Of a stretch of DNA of 64,000 nucleotides, positions 49,713 to 62,950 are shown piece by piece. The notes under the pieces are model-generated. The model saw nothing but the letters and a program-made list of their open reading frames with translations, made no database searches and was not told the origin of the DNA. Position 1 is the first letter of the stretch, and the number at the start of each line of letters is the position of its first letter. The stretch comes from Gekko japonicus (lineage: Eukaryota): NCBI RefSeq assembly GCF_001447785.1, contig NW_015173682.1, positions 62,001 to 126,000 on the forward strand. Direction: 5' to 3'. The translations under genes were made by a program, and so were the position numbers.

Positions 49713-51251
49713 ATAGTGGAAGATGACAGGCAGATAACAGTAGGTTGGTGAATGGCTGAGAAGGAGAGAATGAGGCTGTACAGGATTAAACCCCTCAGGC
49801 CAGTCCAGGGATGGGAGGCAATCCTGTACTTTTCCAGTACATTAAACAACAAACCCAAAGGTAGGCTATACCCTCTCAGGTTTTCAGAACAATATGCCAC
49901 CAGAACCTCTTTTCACTAGTCCCTGCCTTTCCTAAGGGAGAGATTCCAAACCCTTAGTTAGCATCTGGGATTTAACACAATATCAACTCACTTAGAGATG
50001 CACACTCTTACCAAGGTAGCGGTCAGGATATCATCCAAGAGTTCAAGATTGTCCATTGTGATAATCCAGTTAGCACCAAGGGATTTTGAGTAGGAATCCC
50101 ATCTTGTGCAAGCATGCATCCAGTTCACAAAGCCACCCTTTGTCCCTCAAGGGCTGTATTTCACGTGCAATAAAACAAGCAGAGAGAGCAGGAGCAGAGA
50201 GCAAGAGCTAAGAGAGAGTCTCTCTCATTGGGATCAAACAATTATAGTCCAATTCCAATGGGAGTGCCCAATTGTTGGTTGTCATGGCTACGTGTGGGGA
50301 TAGGCTAGAAGTTTGGGAACTCCTCCTGCAGTCAGGTGACCCCGCTTCTAGCTTCTCCATTGCCTACGTGACGTTTTGCATGTGAGGCAGAGCCAGGAGC
50401 CATCAGGTCTTCCTCTTCCCTTAGAGATGTGAAAAAATGTGTGGTTATAAGGCATGGTTATAAAGTTTCTCTGGCCAAATGGTCGGCCATTTGGCCTGCG
50501 AGAGGAAATAAGACACAGCATGTTATCAGAATGTAATCACAGGAGAAGGCATGGATTTTTAGAAATCAATATTTCTATACAGAGGCAGACAAAGGAGAGA
50601 GGTTGGGGATGTCGGGAGGAGAGAAGGAAGAAATAGTGTGGGAAGAGGGATACAGGGGAAAGTAAGGTGCCTCCCCACAAGTCCTTGAGGGTTCCCTACC
50701 ATGCAAGTAGGTCTGGCCCAGTGTTTGGCTCCACTCAATTTGGCCATGAGGCAGAGGTTGCTATGGGGGAGGGAGGGAAAGCTAAAGACATAGGGACAGA
50801 GACATGTAGGTTGGCTGTTTGGTAGGAAGGAGAAAAGGAATCAGGAAAAGGGAGAGGTTATGGGGGCTTTCAGGAAAGGAAAAGAAGAAATTGTGGGGGA
50901 GAGGACATGAGATGCCTCCCACAAGTCTTTTTGTGTTCCCACTTGTAATTTTTAAAAGGCAAAACTGCAGTCATACACAGCCCTGATTTGGTCCCCCACT
51001 TGGTTCTATCTTTTTAGCAGCTTTTTGTTGACTGCTTCTAGCCTGAGGCCTGTTCTATGAATACCATTTTAGGCTGCTAAATGTAATTTTATGCCCTGTT
51101 CTTGGCTTGCTTATGATTGTTTTTTTAATATTTATAATGTTCATTGTCTTGTTTTATTATTATTATTTCTTTGTGAGCCACCTTGAAGAGGTCTCTGGAT
51201 AGGTGGTATAAACATTATATAAATAAATAAATCCTCCATATATCTTATGAT

Positions 51252-51658
51252 TGTCACAGACCCTCCTGATCTGGCCCCTTTTTCTCATCTGGTTGCCTCT
51301 GGCCGGCTACAGAGGTGTGTACATGGGAGCAAAAGGTTTTTCCATCTCACCTTGTCCTCCCTTCTTGTGTCTCTGTTGAAACTATTCTTTCAGGACTAGC
51401 TATCGGGTAAACGTCCAAACAGCCTAGTTGACATGAGTGAGATTTCCCACTACTCAAATAAACCCAGAGATTAAAGATTTTAAAAGCTTTATTAACTATG
51501 TGTATATCATAGAAAGCACAGATATTTGGTAACAGTCTAAAGCATAACACTAGTGAAGGAACATACAAAAGCTTACACATTCCTCTCCCCGGGAATGGGT
51601 CTGAGACTGGAATATTAAGTGACCATGCATCCAACACCTCTCATCTGCCCCCCTGACA
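51252..51658 (-). mobile_element. Possible solo LTR
   Basis: tgtca...tgaca ends; imperfect TSD tgat/tggt. Confidence 0.35.
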
Positions 51659-52036
51659 TGGTGGTGTAGTCTTGATGCAGAGATGGACCACAGATGCCTT
51701 ATTATGAATTTTCTGCTAGTTAAGGAGTTCCTTTCCTGGGCTAATCAGAATTTATATACAAGTACAATTTTTGACCAATTAAAAAGTATAGATTAAAGAG
51801 TTTTGCACACTGCCTTGAAAAATGCCACATGTGTAACTCAGAGACAAGAGGACCAAAACAATTTATTTGGGCAATTGACAGCTTGATCCAAACAGAGAAA
51901 TTTGGCCTGGCGATTTTACCATTTCCCAGCCCATCTGTAAGAATAAAATATCAGCTATCTTTCTGGAATGTAGCTTGGAGTTCTTATTTTCCCCCTTCCA
52001 TTACATAAACCTTTGCTGTTCTAAAAACATATTTAT

Positions 52037-52188
52037 GGCTGCGATCACACACCCTCAATAATCCACTTTCAGTCTACTTTCAGTGCACTTTCAAACTGGA
52101 TTTTGCCAATTCACACAGTAAAAATCCAGTTGTAAAATGCATTGGAAGTGGATTGGAAGTGGATTATTGAGTGTGTGTGATCGTAGCC
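52037..52188. mobile_element. Palindromic PIF/Harbinger-like MITE
   Basis: ggctgcgatcacacac...gtgtgtgatcgtagcc; 3-bp TSD tat. Confidence 0.75.
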
Positions 52189-52272
52189 TATCCTTTCCTA
52201 GAAACAGCTACATGGACAGACAGTTGTTTGGATAGATAACTGCTTACTATGTATGTCTACTATAACAAAAGT

Positions 52273-53827
52273 AAGAGAAGATACTAGGTGACGAACAAGC
52301 TCAGAAAGTGCTACTCTTGTGTAGATCATTGTTTCACACTGGCCTAAGAGCTGCCTTTGACTCTGTGTTGTACATACACCTATAGAACAAACTAAATGCT
52401 ACAAGCCTGCCTAAAAGATTAATGAAGTTAATAATGAATCTTTATTCAGGAAACTCGCTGCATGTTAAAATAAACAATGAGGGGCAGTTATCCAACCCTA
52501 TATCTACTCAAAGAGGTGTTCATCAAGAATGTGTTCTTGCACCACATCTATTCAATTTCTTTCTAAACAACTTTGTCCCAGGTTTGCAAAACATACCCAC
52601 TCATGCACCGTGTGTGGGAAACCGTATGCTGATGACCTTGTCTTATCGAGAACTTTGATTGGCCTAAAACGTGCCATTAATGCATTTATTTCCTACTGTA
52701 ATAAAGATCTATTGGAAATAAATGAGGATAAGTCCAAAATTATGGTTTTCACAAAATCGACAAGAAGATCAAATAAAAGATGGGAAATCTGAAGGTACAA
52801 ATTATAACACGACAATGAATTCAGATATCTAGGAATTGTTTTCCAGCCAAACTTATCATGGTCCAAGCACATTAAATATCTTAAACAAAAAGTTGACCTA
52901 GCCTTACTAGCCTTAAAGTTTTTCTGCATCCAAGGAGCACAATATGTGCCAATGCTCCTGAAAGCATGTAAGACCGTAATACTACTACGCATACTACATG
53001 GTTCCCAAATCTGGTTCTTAGGTCCAACAGAGCAACTTGAAAAACTACAGCAAGCCTTCTTCCATAAAATATTAACTTTACCATCATGCATCGCTTCTGC
53101 AGTCATAAGGCTTGAGTTAGGCCTCCCAAGAATCTCAACTTTGCTCTGGAGGGCCATAGTTAGTTACAAATATCGACTGTTAAATGCTGAAAGCCTTCCA
53201 ACCTTTACCATACTGACAATGAATGTTGCTGGTCAAAATGGAATGATACTGTAGAAGTGATAATAAGACAACTGGGCTTAAGGAAGACAGAGAATTTAAC
53301 TAAAAGATGACAAATGCTACACATAGAAAAGTTGCTCCAAAATGATTGGGATACCCGTCAAACAGATGCTAGACGAAAATGCTCCCCACTTCATCTAGGA
53401 ATTAAATATTCCACTAAATTTGACCTGCCTCTCTACTTAAACATGTTGACCATTCCAATATTGAGGCAGTCATATATGATTGCACACTGCAATGCGTTTC
53501 CAGCAGCCCAGATGAAGGACCGTTTTCTCAAGACCCCTCTGGACCAGTGCTATTGTGACTGTCCTTTGATAAAACTTGACTTGCTGTGACATGTTTTCTT
53601 CTGTTGTCCAAAACATGCAATAGCAAGAGAAAGTTTCTTAACAAAATGGCTGTTGAAATATTAATCTTTTCCTGAAGCATCAAGATTAAGACTACTTCTG
53701 AGCAGCCTCTGCCAAAATTGCATTGTGGATGTGGCAAATTTCTGTTTTACTGTTCTTTTAAATTCCTAATTTAAAAAAAAATGGTGTACGGCCTATTGGC
53801 TACTAAACTTTAAATAAACTAAACTAA
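52273..53827 (+). mobile_element. 5'-truncated LINE (RTEX/L2-group-like; clade uncertain)
   Basis: 14-bp TSD actataacaaaagt; GVHQECVLAPHLFN, YADDLVL and INEDKSKIMVF motifs; C-terminal Cys/His motif; (taaac)n tail. Confidence 0.82.
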
Positions 53828-54102
53828 ACTATAACAAAAGTTAACAGCATTTACCATAGCATGGCATAGTAGCTAGCCACCAGTTTCAGGAAAAAGGGTG
53901 TCAGGTTCTATTATGGTTTCGTTCCCAAGGAGTCTCAGGTGTCATTTGCTCATTCTAATATACCAGTTCATTCCTTACTAATATTTCTGTAAGATTCCCA
54001 CAGCAGCAACATACACTTAAGGCATTTAAGTTGTCTCTTATTCCAGTCTAGTTCGTATTTTAAGGTTGTTGATATTAAGCTTGTTAGGGTGAACGAACTT
54101 TT

Positions 54103-55129
54103 TTTTAATGCCCCCCGAAGGGGATTTTTTTATTGCATTTCTAAATACTATGGAAAAGGGAAAGGGTACTAATACAACCTACAAGAAAGGGAGACAGAAA
54201 AGAAAATCCAAGGTATGGTGATCATACACAGTGCTTACAAATAAGGGATAAACAAACACTTTCAGTTGTTGACCTTGAAGGTGACAATTCAGTAAATCGC
54301 TTATAAAAGCTCTAGCCCATACTGACTGTTTGGAGTATATTGCTTAAACATGTTTAAATCTCTTTTATGCAAACATTCAGGCATCCTCATAAACTCATAA
54401 CATTTAAAACAATAATTTCTACCCATCTGAATATCTTAATATTGACAGAGCCTATTTTAATTAAATTTATTGAAGTCTTTCAAGAAGCTTCAACATCTCT
54501 TCCATTTATAATCCTAGTCTAAGTTGATATAATACTAGTTCTCAGAGAATCACCACAATACATTTAAGTTTAATTTAAGCAGTCACTATCAACCAGCCTC
54601 CTTTTCTATATGAGCCCTTTACCCCTGTTTTACCACACACACTCAGTTCTTAAATCTCAACGATTTTCCATCTCAGTCCCTTCAAGCTCCGTTTATCCAA
54701 TAGTGATTAATTCCATTGTCTGGGAAAAGAGGGGTGGTGGTCCATGGCTATCTCCCCCTCCATGCTTGCAAGGATAAACTTTGCTTCCCTCTGATGCTTC
54801 AATTTACTTTTACTCTTCATCCGTCAATTCATTGATTTCGCCAGTCGCTTAATTAAAACTTGATCACCGCTCGCTTGGTCCGGTGTATGTAGTTTAGTCC
54901 AATACCGGAACACAGCGGAGAGACCATCAGGGCAAAAGGACGCCCCCACCCCCGGGCAACAAGCCCAGGGGGGTGACGAACCTCAGCACCCCCTGACTCA
55001 GGACCCATCCCTCGGGTCCTGGGAGGGTGCGTACGATCGCACCCGCTCTCTACCCGCTGGTTTGCAGTCCATGTCCCCGGAAGCCAGGAGAGACTGCTGC
55101 CATCAGCCTGCCAAAACTGGAAGCAGTCC
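54103..55129 (-). mobile_element. 1-kb non-autonomous L1-dependent retroelement
   Basis: 17-bp TSD agggtgaa(c/t)gaactttt (54086-54102 and 55130-55146); CpG-rich 5' end; poly(A); same terminal hairpin as the HAL1-like element. Confidence 0.8.
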
Positions 55130-56200
55130 AGGGTGAATGAACTTTTGGAACAACTACAATGTAGCATAAATTGCATAGTATTTTGACTGCTTCTTACCTT
55201 GAATTGTTCAGGCAACACTTGTTAGGTTTCTCATTATATTCTGATTTATTTTGGTTAGGATTTACTTATAAGCACTACTGTAAAATAGGTAATGCAGTAG
55301 ATTTGAAGTTACTTATAAAGTAAAATCTGAAAGCTGGGATTTGAACTGAAGAGTATATGAAAGTTTTCAGTTTCATATGAGACAAATAGTAGATCAAATA
55401 AAATGGTAGTATATGTGTGAAATTATGGCAGTCATTCATGTTCTTTTGGCCATGATGAATACCAAAAAGCATATCTGTTATTACCCTGCAGGGGAAATGA
55501 GCTTAATCAAAGGTTATCCACTATTCCTCTGAAAACTGTTATCCAAAAATCAATCTGTATCGAAATGGAAAGTAGTTGGCAGTTCACTGGTGCCAGTGGG
55601 TTGAATGTAATAGATATGACCCTTGTACGACTTACACTGTTTTACTGAAGGCTGCAGGAAATATGTATAGTTTGAGTATGCAGCTGGCAGAAACACAGTG
55701 TAAATGAATATCTATCACATTCAATGAAACCTAAAATGAGAGTTGCAGTATTGTGGGTAAATAAAGTAAGCATTTTATTGTCATCTTGTAACATGGATGC
55801 TGGTGATACATTCCTTACAAAATTTCTGAACTTTTCCTTCTACCATTTTAAGTATATTAAAGCAAGCCTCAGTAAATTTCTTTTGAGTCTAGGATCCAAC
55901 CCAAAATTTAGAAAGAGCCAGTTTCATTTTTTTTAGCCTTCAGGGTTTGTATTTTAATTTTGTATTTTAATAACTACCACAACAGTCATCCGAAACGCTT
56001 CATGATCTCTCATAATTTCTGTGTCATACAATAGAACATTATGAAGTGAAATTATAAATATGCTTTGTACTTCTACTGAGGATTGCTGAGAGATGTTATA
56101 ATAAAGTTGTTAACTGAAAATATTAGGCACCATGGTGACCTAGGTACCTGGGATTTGTCAAGACCTGCATTAAGGTTGCTGGTTGTCCTTTATTTCATAA

Positions 56201-57870
56201 CTAGCAGTAAAGCCCGTTGTGAAAGCAATACAACGGGATCTAGAAAGATGTGATTTGTAATGAATGCATAGGCTGGAAGGAGGTAAAGTACCTCCTGGAG
56301 ATTTGGGGGGTGGATTCTGTAGAGGGCAGCATTGGGCGGGGGGGCAGAAGGACTCNNNNNNNNNNNNNNNNNNNNNNNNNNNNNNNNNNNNNNNNNNNNN
56401 NNNNNNNNNNNNNNNNNNNNNNNNNNNNNNNNNNNNNNNNNNNNNNNNNNNNNNNNNNNNNNNNNNNNNNNNNNNNNNNNNNNNNNNNNNNNNNNNNNNN
56501 NNNNNNNNNNNNNNNNNNNNNNNNNNNNNNNNNNNNNNNNNNNNNNNNNNNNNNNNNNNNNNNNNNNNNNNNNNNNNNNNNNNNNNNNNNNNNNNNNNNN
56601 NNNNNNNNNNNNNNNNNNNNNNNNNNNNNNNNNNNNNNNNNNNNNNNNNNNNNNNNNNNNNNNNNNNNNNNNNNNNNNNNNNNNNNNNNNNNNNNNNNNN
56701 NNNNNNNNNNNNNNNNNNNNNNNNNNNNNNNNNNNNNNNNNNNNNNNNNNNNNNNNNNNNNNNNNNNNNNNNNNNNNNNNNNNNNNNNNNNNNNNNNNNN
56801 NNNNNNNNNNNNNNNNNNNNNNNNNNNNNNNNNNNNNNNNNNNNNNNNNNNNTCTCCATATCTCTATTTTGCCTTAAATTGGTTTTGATGCCAGCAGAGT
56901 GAGAAAATGCCAGAGGCTCTGGGTGGGTGCCCCATGGTAAATGCACTGAACAATTCCTAAAGATTTTCCAAAACAGTACTCTGTCGATAAATTGCAGCAC
57001 TTTGAATTAGCACCAGAGCTTTAAGAGCTCTCCAGCTGTCACCTGGAGACTGGCAACAGCTTGTTTGGAGGGTGGGGAGTATGGCATTGTATCTGTCTGA
57101 GGTCCCCCTCTTCCTCCTCCTCCTCAGACCCCACCCACAGCAGGCTGCATCCCTAAAATATCCTGAAAGTTTCCAACCTGGAGTTGGCAACCCTATGTCC
57201 TTTCCAGGCAACCATCAGCCTACCTTTATCTGCCTGTCTGTACAGATTTACATTCCCCCCCCATCCTCTGCCTAGAGAAAGGGCAGTCTTTCCCTGCAGT
57301 GGGAACCAAAGCAGCTGACATCATTATCCTCTCCCCTGTATGATCCGCAAAAGTACCCTGTGAGGTATGTTAAGGTTGAAAGTGTGCGAATGGTCCATAA
57401 TCCCCCAGGCAGCTTTTAAAACATGAACCTGGGACCTGCACACCATCCTCTGAAGCGCTCTCTGTGGCAGTAATGGGGTGACTGCTAGCACCTTTCCCTA
57501 TCATTTTTTGCCTTGTGGTATTCTGCTTGTGGTGTGATCGGTCTTCTTTGTGATGTGGCATGACTGTGTTATTGGGTTTGTTTCTTTTGAAGGGGAAGTG
57601 ATGTGTTGTGAGTGAGGACATATTTTACCACAGAATACAGTAGGTTCCATATGCAACTGGCAATTCCAACTGCCTTGCGGGGGGGGGAGTTTGAGGTGTG
57701 TGGAATGGAGTGAAGTCCAATCAGCTTCCATATGCAAAAGACCTTGAAACGCTGGGCGGGACTGCACAAAGCAGCCAGTCAACCCAGCCAGCGTCTTCTG
57801 ACTGACAGTTCTTGCGGCCAAACACTAAAGGTGTGCATTTTGGAACGTGGCTTTATATATAAGGGAGAGA
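56201..57870 (-). mobile_element. Non-autonomous Helitron with both termini (spans an N gap)
   Basis: Minus strand: 5' A|TC at 57870; 3' hairpin cccgttgt-N9-acaacggg, then 8 nt, then CTAG|T at 56201. Confidence 0.75.
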
Positions 57871-58419
57871 TACTATATAACTGTGTTGGGTCAGCAAACT
57901 TGTAGACAATTCTAGCCAGGTATGCTAAGAACTCTGTGGCAAATCTACTCTCCAAGGGATTGTTGTTTGACCACTGCAAGCTACATGAAAATCATACTTT
58001 GGATTGCCTCAGTCTTTTTGTTTGCTGCCCAGGTCCAGGCAACTTTGTAACTACACAGTAGCCTTGGGTAGGTAAGATTAGTTCCTTTATGTCTTGTAAC
58101 TGCTTTTGTATTTGAACAGCAGGAACTCTTTCCTCAAGGTCACAGTCAAGTTAGCAGAGTGCAGAGATCACTCAGTCTGTGAAAAGCAATTCTTTCACTT
58201 GAGACGGGAACAATGTTTGGGTACATCCCTATCCACAATCTCTGGAGGTAGCTTCAGTCTCTAGTTTGTCCATCTTGTCTTTGTGAGTCCTCTGTCAGCA
58301 CATGCTAGGAAGAGAGTTTTAAGGGATTTTCTCTCAAGGGCTGTTCCCTTTCTTTGTGTTCTCTTTTGCTTTGTTGTTCTTAATTTGATCCTTCATATGC
58401 CTTGAAAAGAAAAGAAAAA

Positions 58420-58924
58420 GGTTGTGGTCACACGTGCCAGAAAAAACGGGGGGGGGGAGGAGTGAGGCTATTTCTTCCGGAGGAATTTGGCCCGCAGTTG
58501 CATGATCACACCGCCCTTTGAAGCTGCGGGCGCAAGTCCGTCAGTGTGTGATCAGACGCAACTGCAGGTGAGTAATATATATTTTTTGTGCCTTTCCCCC
58601 CCATGTGCTTAAACAAAGGATCGATGAAGTGCACCTCCGCACCGAGGGCTCCCTATGGAGTTTGCGATGATGCACATACTGCGAAGGGGGGGGGGAAACA
58701 ACGGCACAGAGTTGGGATCACACGGGAAAGTTCGTCTGTGGCCCGTCGCAACCTGTTTACTACCGGGTTCTCTCCAGTGTTTTTTAACTCCACTTCTGCA
58801 GCGGAGCAGAATGGGTTGCCGACGGCTGCGGGGCACTTCCCAGATGTTGTTGTCTGACTGAGCCCTTAAAATCCGCCCAGCATTTGCTCCTATGTCGGGT
58901 CTGATTTTGCACATGATTGCAGCC
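58420..58924. mobile_element. PIF/Harbinger-like non-autonomous element
   Basis: Degenerate TIRs ggttgtggtcacacgtgc / gcacatgattgcagcc, related to the 52037 MITE; CpG-rich; aaa flanks. Confidence 0.55.
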
Positions 58925-61102
58925 AAAAAGTTCTCTGCTGCTCATTTCTGTCACTCATTTACACTGCTGGAATAGTGATGGCTGCCACAGAGGCCTCTGA
59001 TGGAGTGGCCCTGTCCTCTGTCAAGATGGAAAGCACTCTGCCTAGGCATGTTGTTGCAGCCAGTTGGTCCTCCACAGCAGTGGTGAGGGGGAAAAGCCAC
59101 AAATCATTCTGAGTCAGATGGCAAAGAAGCCAACCACATCCGTTTTGATGTCAAAACATAGATGCGTGCCTCAGTGGTCTGAAATAGGCAAGAGCTGTCT
59201 GCCTGTTCTTAGTGCAGCACAATTGGGGATGACTGCAATGGTGGTACGTTCACAGAAAGGGATGTCTTGTACGAATGCCTCAGAGCTGGTTGGAAGAGCC
59301 TTTCTCAGTCCCTCCTGAAATGCAGGCTTAGATGTAATAGTTTGTGGCTATAAGAATGGGTAGAAATGGGAGGGAGAAACTCTAGTTCAAAAGCAGCAGC
59401 ATCTCACCCCACTTCCTCAAAAAGCACCAACTACAACAAGGGCTTAGGGATGAATGGCCTCATGTCCCACTAAGGTGCCAGGAAAGGACCTCATGCTACT
59501 TTTAAAAATTCTTCATCTGACTCTTGTGTCCAGGCATAACGGACCTGATTCAGTTATCTATACCAATGAGTAAGATCCAGGAACAGACAAAGAGGAGCAC
59601 AGGCTTGCCCAAGTGCTATATCCTGCATTGGCCATGTCAAATACAAGTGATCTTAGATCCTGGAGTGTGCAAGGATGCATTATATGAGTCTATACATGTT
59701 GGCACTGTCACTGGCTTGATACAAGTGGCTGTGCAGTACGATGGCTCACTAGGAGCTACAGATGCTTGAAAAATGATGGCTTGGCTCATGCTCTGTTTGC
59801 CAATAGTATGTAGAGAACCCATTTTTTTGTTGTTGTGGTGTTCAAAATCAAGCTTGTTTGGTTGGTTTCTTTGAACATGTTCAAACATATACTGCATTTG
59901 GCAGCATTCCAGATGTGCATATTCTCACACAGCCTGATAGCAGTCCTGGTCTGCCCCCATCCCTCATCCTGGCCTGTCATTGCTGTGTGCAAGCCAGCCA
60001 GCCAGCCAGCCAGCGATCATAAATAAAAACTGTGGCTTAAAAAAAATACCATTTGCTGTTTGTCTAAGTGAGTTATCAACATTATTTCATGCATGCATGT
60101 TTTTGCTCAACCTCATGGGACTCATTCTTCCTGCATCACTAAACTAACTGGTATTACCATCCATTGCCTTGGGGGAGAGTTAATTCTACCTACTGTGTGG
60201 ATACAAAAGCACCCATAAGGCAGAAGGCCTGAAACTACCACCGCAGCCACTGCATAGCTACGGAGTTGGACAGTGGTGAGGCACAGAGATCAGAGGTTCA
60301 TCTTGCATGTCATCATGGTTGTTGAGAACAGTGTGTCTGCTTGCCAACCACATGCCTGCAAAATTCACAGTCTGTCAGTAACTAACAGCTAACAGGACAA
60401 TCTGTCACTGGGTGTGAAACCTCTATTTGAATTGGCACTGTAAAGTTTAACAGTCCTCTCCCACTGTTATTAGTGTTGGAAGAGGAAAAATAGAGGCAGG
60501 TAGTACCAAAATGTAGAGAAAGGGTTAAAACCCCCCACCCCACACACATGCTGTGATCTAATCAGGATTAAAGCCCTGGGCAGCTGCATTGCCATTTTAA
60601 AAATAATGGAAAAATCTGTTCCTCAATCTCCCACCTGTTTTGGTCCTAAGTCCTGGAAGTTGTCATTTGTTCGTTGCTAATTACCTTGGATTTATTACTG
60701 TAATGTTCTGTGTGGGGTTGCCCTGGAAAAGTAGCCTCCTTTAAGCCCTTCATTATATGCTGTCCGCAAGACATTTCTTTTTCAGCAATCTTATGCTACA
60801 TAGTAAATCTTTTATATTGCTCAGTTTTAGTACTTCTCTGGATATCTTTATGTCTTTATTTTATGGAGGTTTTATTATTTCATTGTAAGCAACTTTAGGC
60901 AGTACTTGTTGGAAAAGTGATTGAGCAATATTATTATATCTCCTTTGTCCTACTACTTGTTATTTCTATTTGAACCAAGATTGTTTTTCTTCTTATTTTT
61001 TGTTTTATTTTGTGCTACCTTTTTGGATATTATGTTTGTTAAAAAGGAAAAAAATGAGTATTGTCTTTAAAAGCTAATTATTCTTGGCTTATTGTTTTGT
61101 AG

Positions 61103-61186
61103 GTTAACTGAGCCTTCTGGATATTTAACAGATGGACCAATAAATTATAAATACAAAACTAAATGTACATGGTTAATTGAAGGATA
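61103..61186 (+). CDS. ATRNL1: Attractin-like 1, internal coding exon (probably exon 2; start of CUB domain)
   Basis: ttttgtAG acceptor and GTAAGT donor, 84 nt; translates LTEPSGYLTDGPINYKYKTKCTWLIEG(Y), which matches the ATRNL1 CUB domain as I recall it. Confidence 0.95.
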
Positions 61187-61230
61187 GTAAGTATATTTTT
61201 GCATTAACATATACTCAAATCATGTGCATA

Positions 61231-61434
61231 GAGGGTTGCCAACTCCAGGTTGGGAAAAACTTGGAGATTTTGGGGGTGGAACGTGAGGACAGTGGGATTT
61301 GAGGAGGGAAGGTACTTCAGCAGGGAATAACACCATAAAGCCCACTCTCCAAAGCAGCAGTTTTCTCCAGAGGAACTGGAGATCAGTGTTAATTCTGGAA
61401 GATCTCCAGGCCCTACCTGGAGGTTGGCACCAGA
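61231..61434. mobile_element. hAT-like MITE in ATRNL1 intron
   Basis: agggttgccaac...gttggcacc; 8-bp TSD tgtgcata. Confidence 0.85.
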
Positions 61435-61955
61435 TGTGCATAAAGAGTTTTCATGCAAAGTATGTACATTCTACGTAGCATTTCAGTTTATATTTCATGT
61501 TGAATGCCCAAATAAGCAAAGTTTTTGCTTCAGTTAAGTTTTAGAACCATTGTTTAATAGAAATAGCTCTTGGGCCAGGAGGATTCAATTAAATGTCATG
61601 TTCAGCAGCATAGCCTTAATATGCAAGCCATTTTTTGAATGTCAGATTTTTAACTACTGCTAATGGATATGTTGCACTTATTGTAAAATATTTCTATTAT
61701 GAAATTGGCATGTTCAAAGATAAAATAATCTCATTATAACTGNNNNNNNNNNNNNNNNNNNNNNNNNNNNNNNNNNNNNNNNNNNNNNNNNNNTTTTATA
61801 AACTGTACATTAGCTTATCTTCATATTTTAACAATCCACTTTGTGTGATGTTCTGTAAACCATTATGTATCTACAATGTATTGAACGAAAGAGCAAACTA
61901 AATTTCAAACAATGAAGGTCATAACAATCATCAGAAAGAATACTTGCTTTTAAAT

Positions 61956-62729
61956 CAGGGGTGTCGAACTCATTTGTTATGAAAAATAACTAGAGCTTCC
62001 TACAAAGGAAATGTGCTGGGTGAACTTTGTCTGGACACACACTCTCAGCCATTGTGATCCACCTCACTGGCTTATTGTTATTCCTCCTCTAAAACAGTTC
62101 ACATTGCTTTCTTACTGAGAAAGACTGGATCATGAGGGCATGAATACAGTGAAAAGGGGGAGGGAACCCAGTTGTACCCAGGAGAGCCCTGGCACAAAGA
62201 GCCCAACAATACTCACACACACTGTAGCAAGGCACACAAAAGCTCATACCTTGAACAAAACTTTGTTGGTCTTAAAGGTGCTTGGTATTTCTCCCAGCGG
62301 GAGCTGGTCCATGGGGTCGCGAAGAGTCGGACTCGACTGTGCGACTGAACAACAACAAATTTCTCCCATGTGATTGAGGCAGCCCAGCAAAGCAAGCTCT
62401 CCCTTGTTCCCTCCCTCCCTTCAGGGAGGAGACTCAGTCAGTGAAAGAAAAGAAAGGCTTCCCTTTGTCTCCTGCAGCCTGGCCAGGAAGCAAGCTCTGA
62501 CTGTTCCCTCCCTCCCCCTGGGAGGAGGAGGGGGAGGAGCCTCAGAGATAGATAGGCAAGCCTCTCCTGTGTGGTTGAGAGAGACTGGTAAAGCAAGCTG
62601 TGATGTGGCAGCAGCAGCAGCAGCAACAGAACTAGAAAAGGAAGCGGGAAACAGTCAGGGCATTGCAGGCCGGATTGGGGCCCTCTAAGGGCCTGATCTG
62701 GCCCGTGGGCCACATATTTGACACCCCTG
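61956..62729. mobile_element. Non-autonomous hAT element with nested Penelope and BovB pieces
   Basis: TIR caggggtgtcgaa / tttgacacccctg; 8-bp TSD ttttaaat/ctttaaat. Confidence 0.85.
62297..62358 (+). mobile_element. 62-bp BovB 3' terminus with TSD
   Basis: TSD atttctccca at 62287-62296 and 62359-62368; (CAA)n tail. Confidence 0.85.
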
Positions 62730-62836
62730 CTTTAAATGATATTATATGACTGTATATATTTGCATTTCATTAGAGTGGATGCTATTTCTGAACAGGATGT
62801 TACATGTATACTTACTATTTTCCTCTTCTCTTCTAG

Positions 62837-62950
62837 TCCTAATTCAGTTTTAAGATTAAGATTTAATCATTTTGCCACAGAATGTAGTTGGGATCATATG
62901 TATGTTTATGATGGAGATTCAATATATGCACCTTTAATAGCTGTGTTTAG
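62837..62950 (+). CDS. ATRNL1: Attractin-like 1, internal coding exon (probably exon 3; CUB domain)
   Basis: Polypyrimidine tract plus ctAG acceptor and GTAAGT donor, 114 nt; phase joins the previous exon (TA|T = Tyr); translates PNSVLRLRFNHFATECSWDHMYVYDGDSIYAPLIAVF. Confidence 0.95.

Noticed and set aside
49730-50460. Possible additional solo LTR
   Set aside because: Could not define TG...CA ends or a TSD
56170-57000. Long ORFs containing X runs
   Set aside because: Artefacts of the N gap
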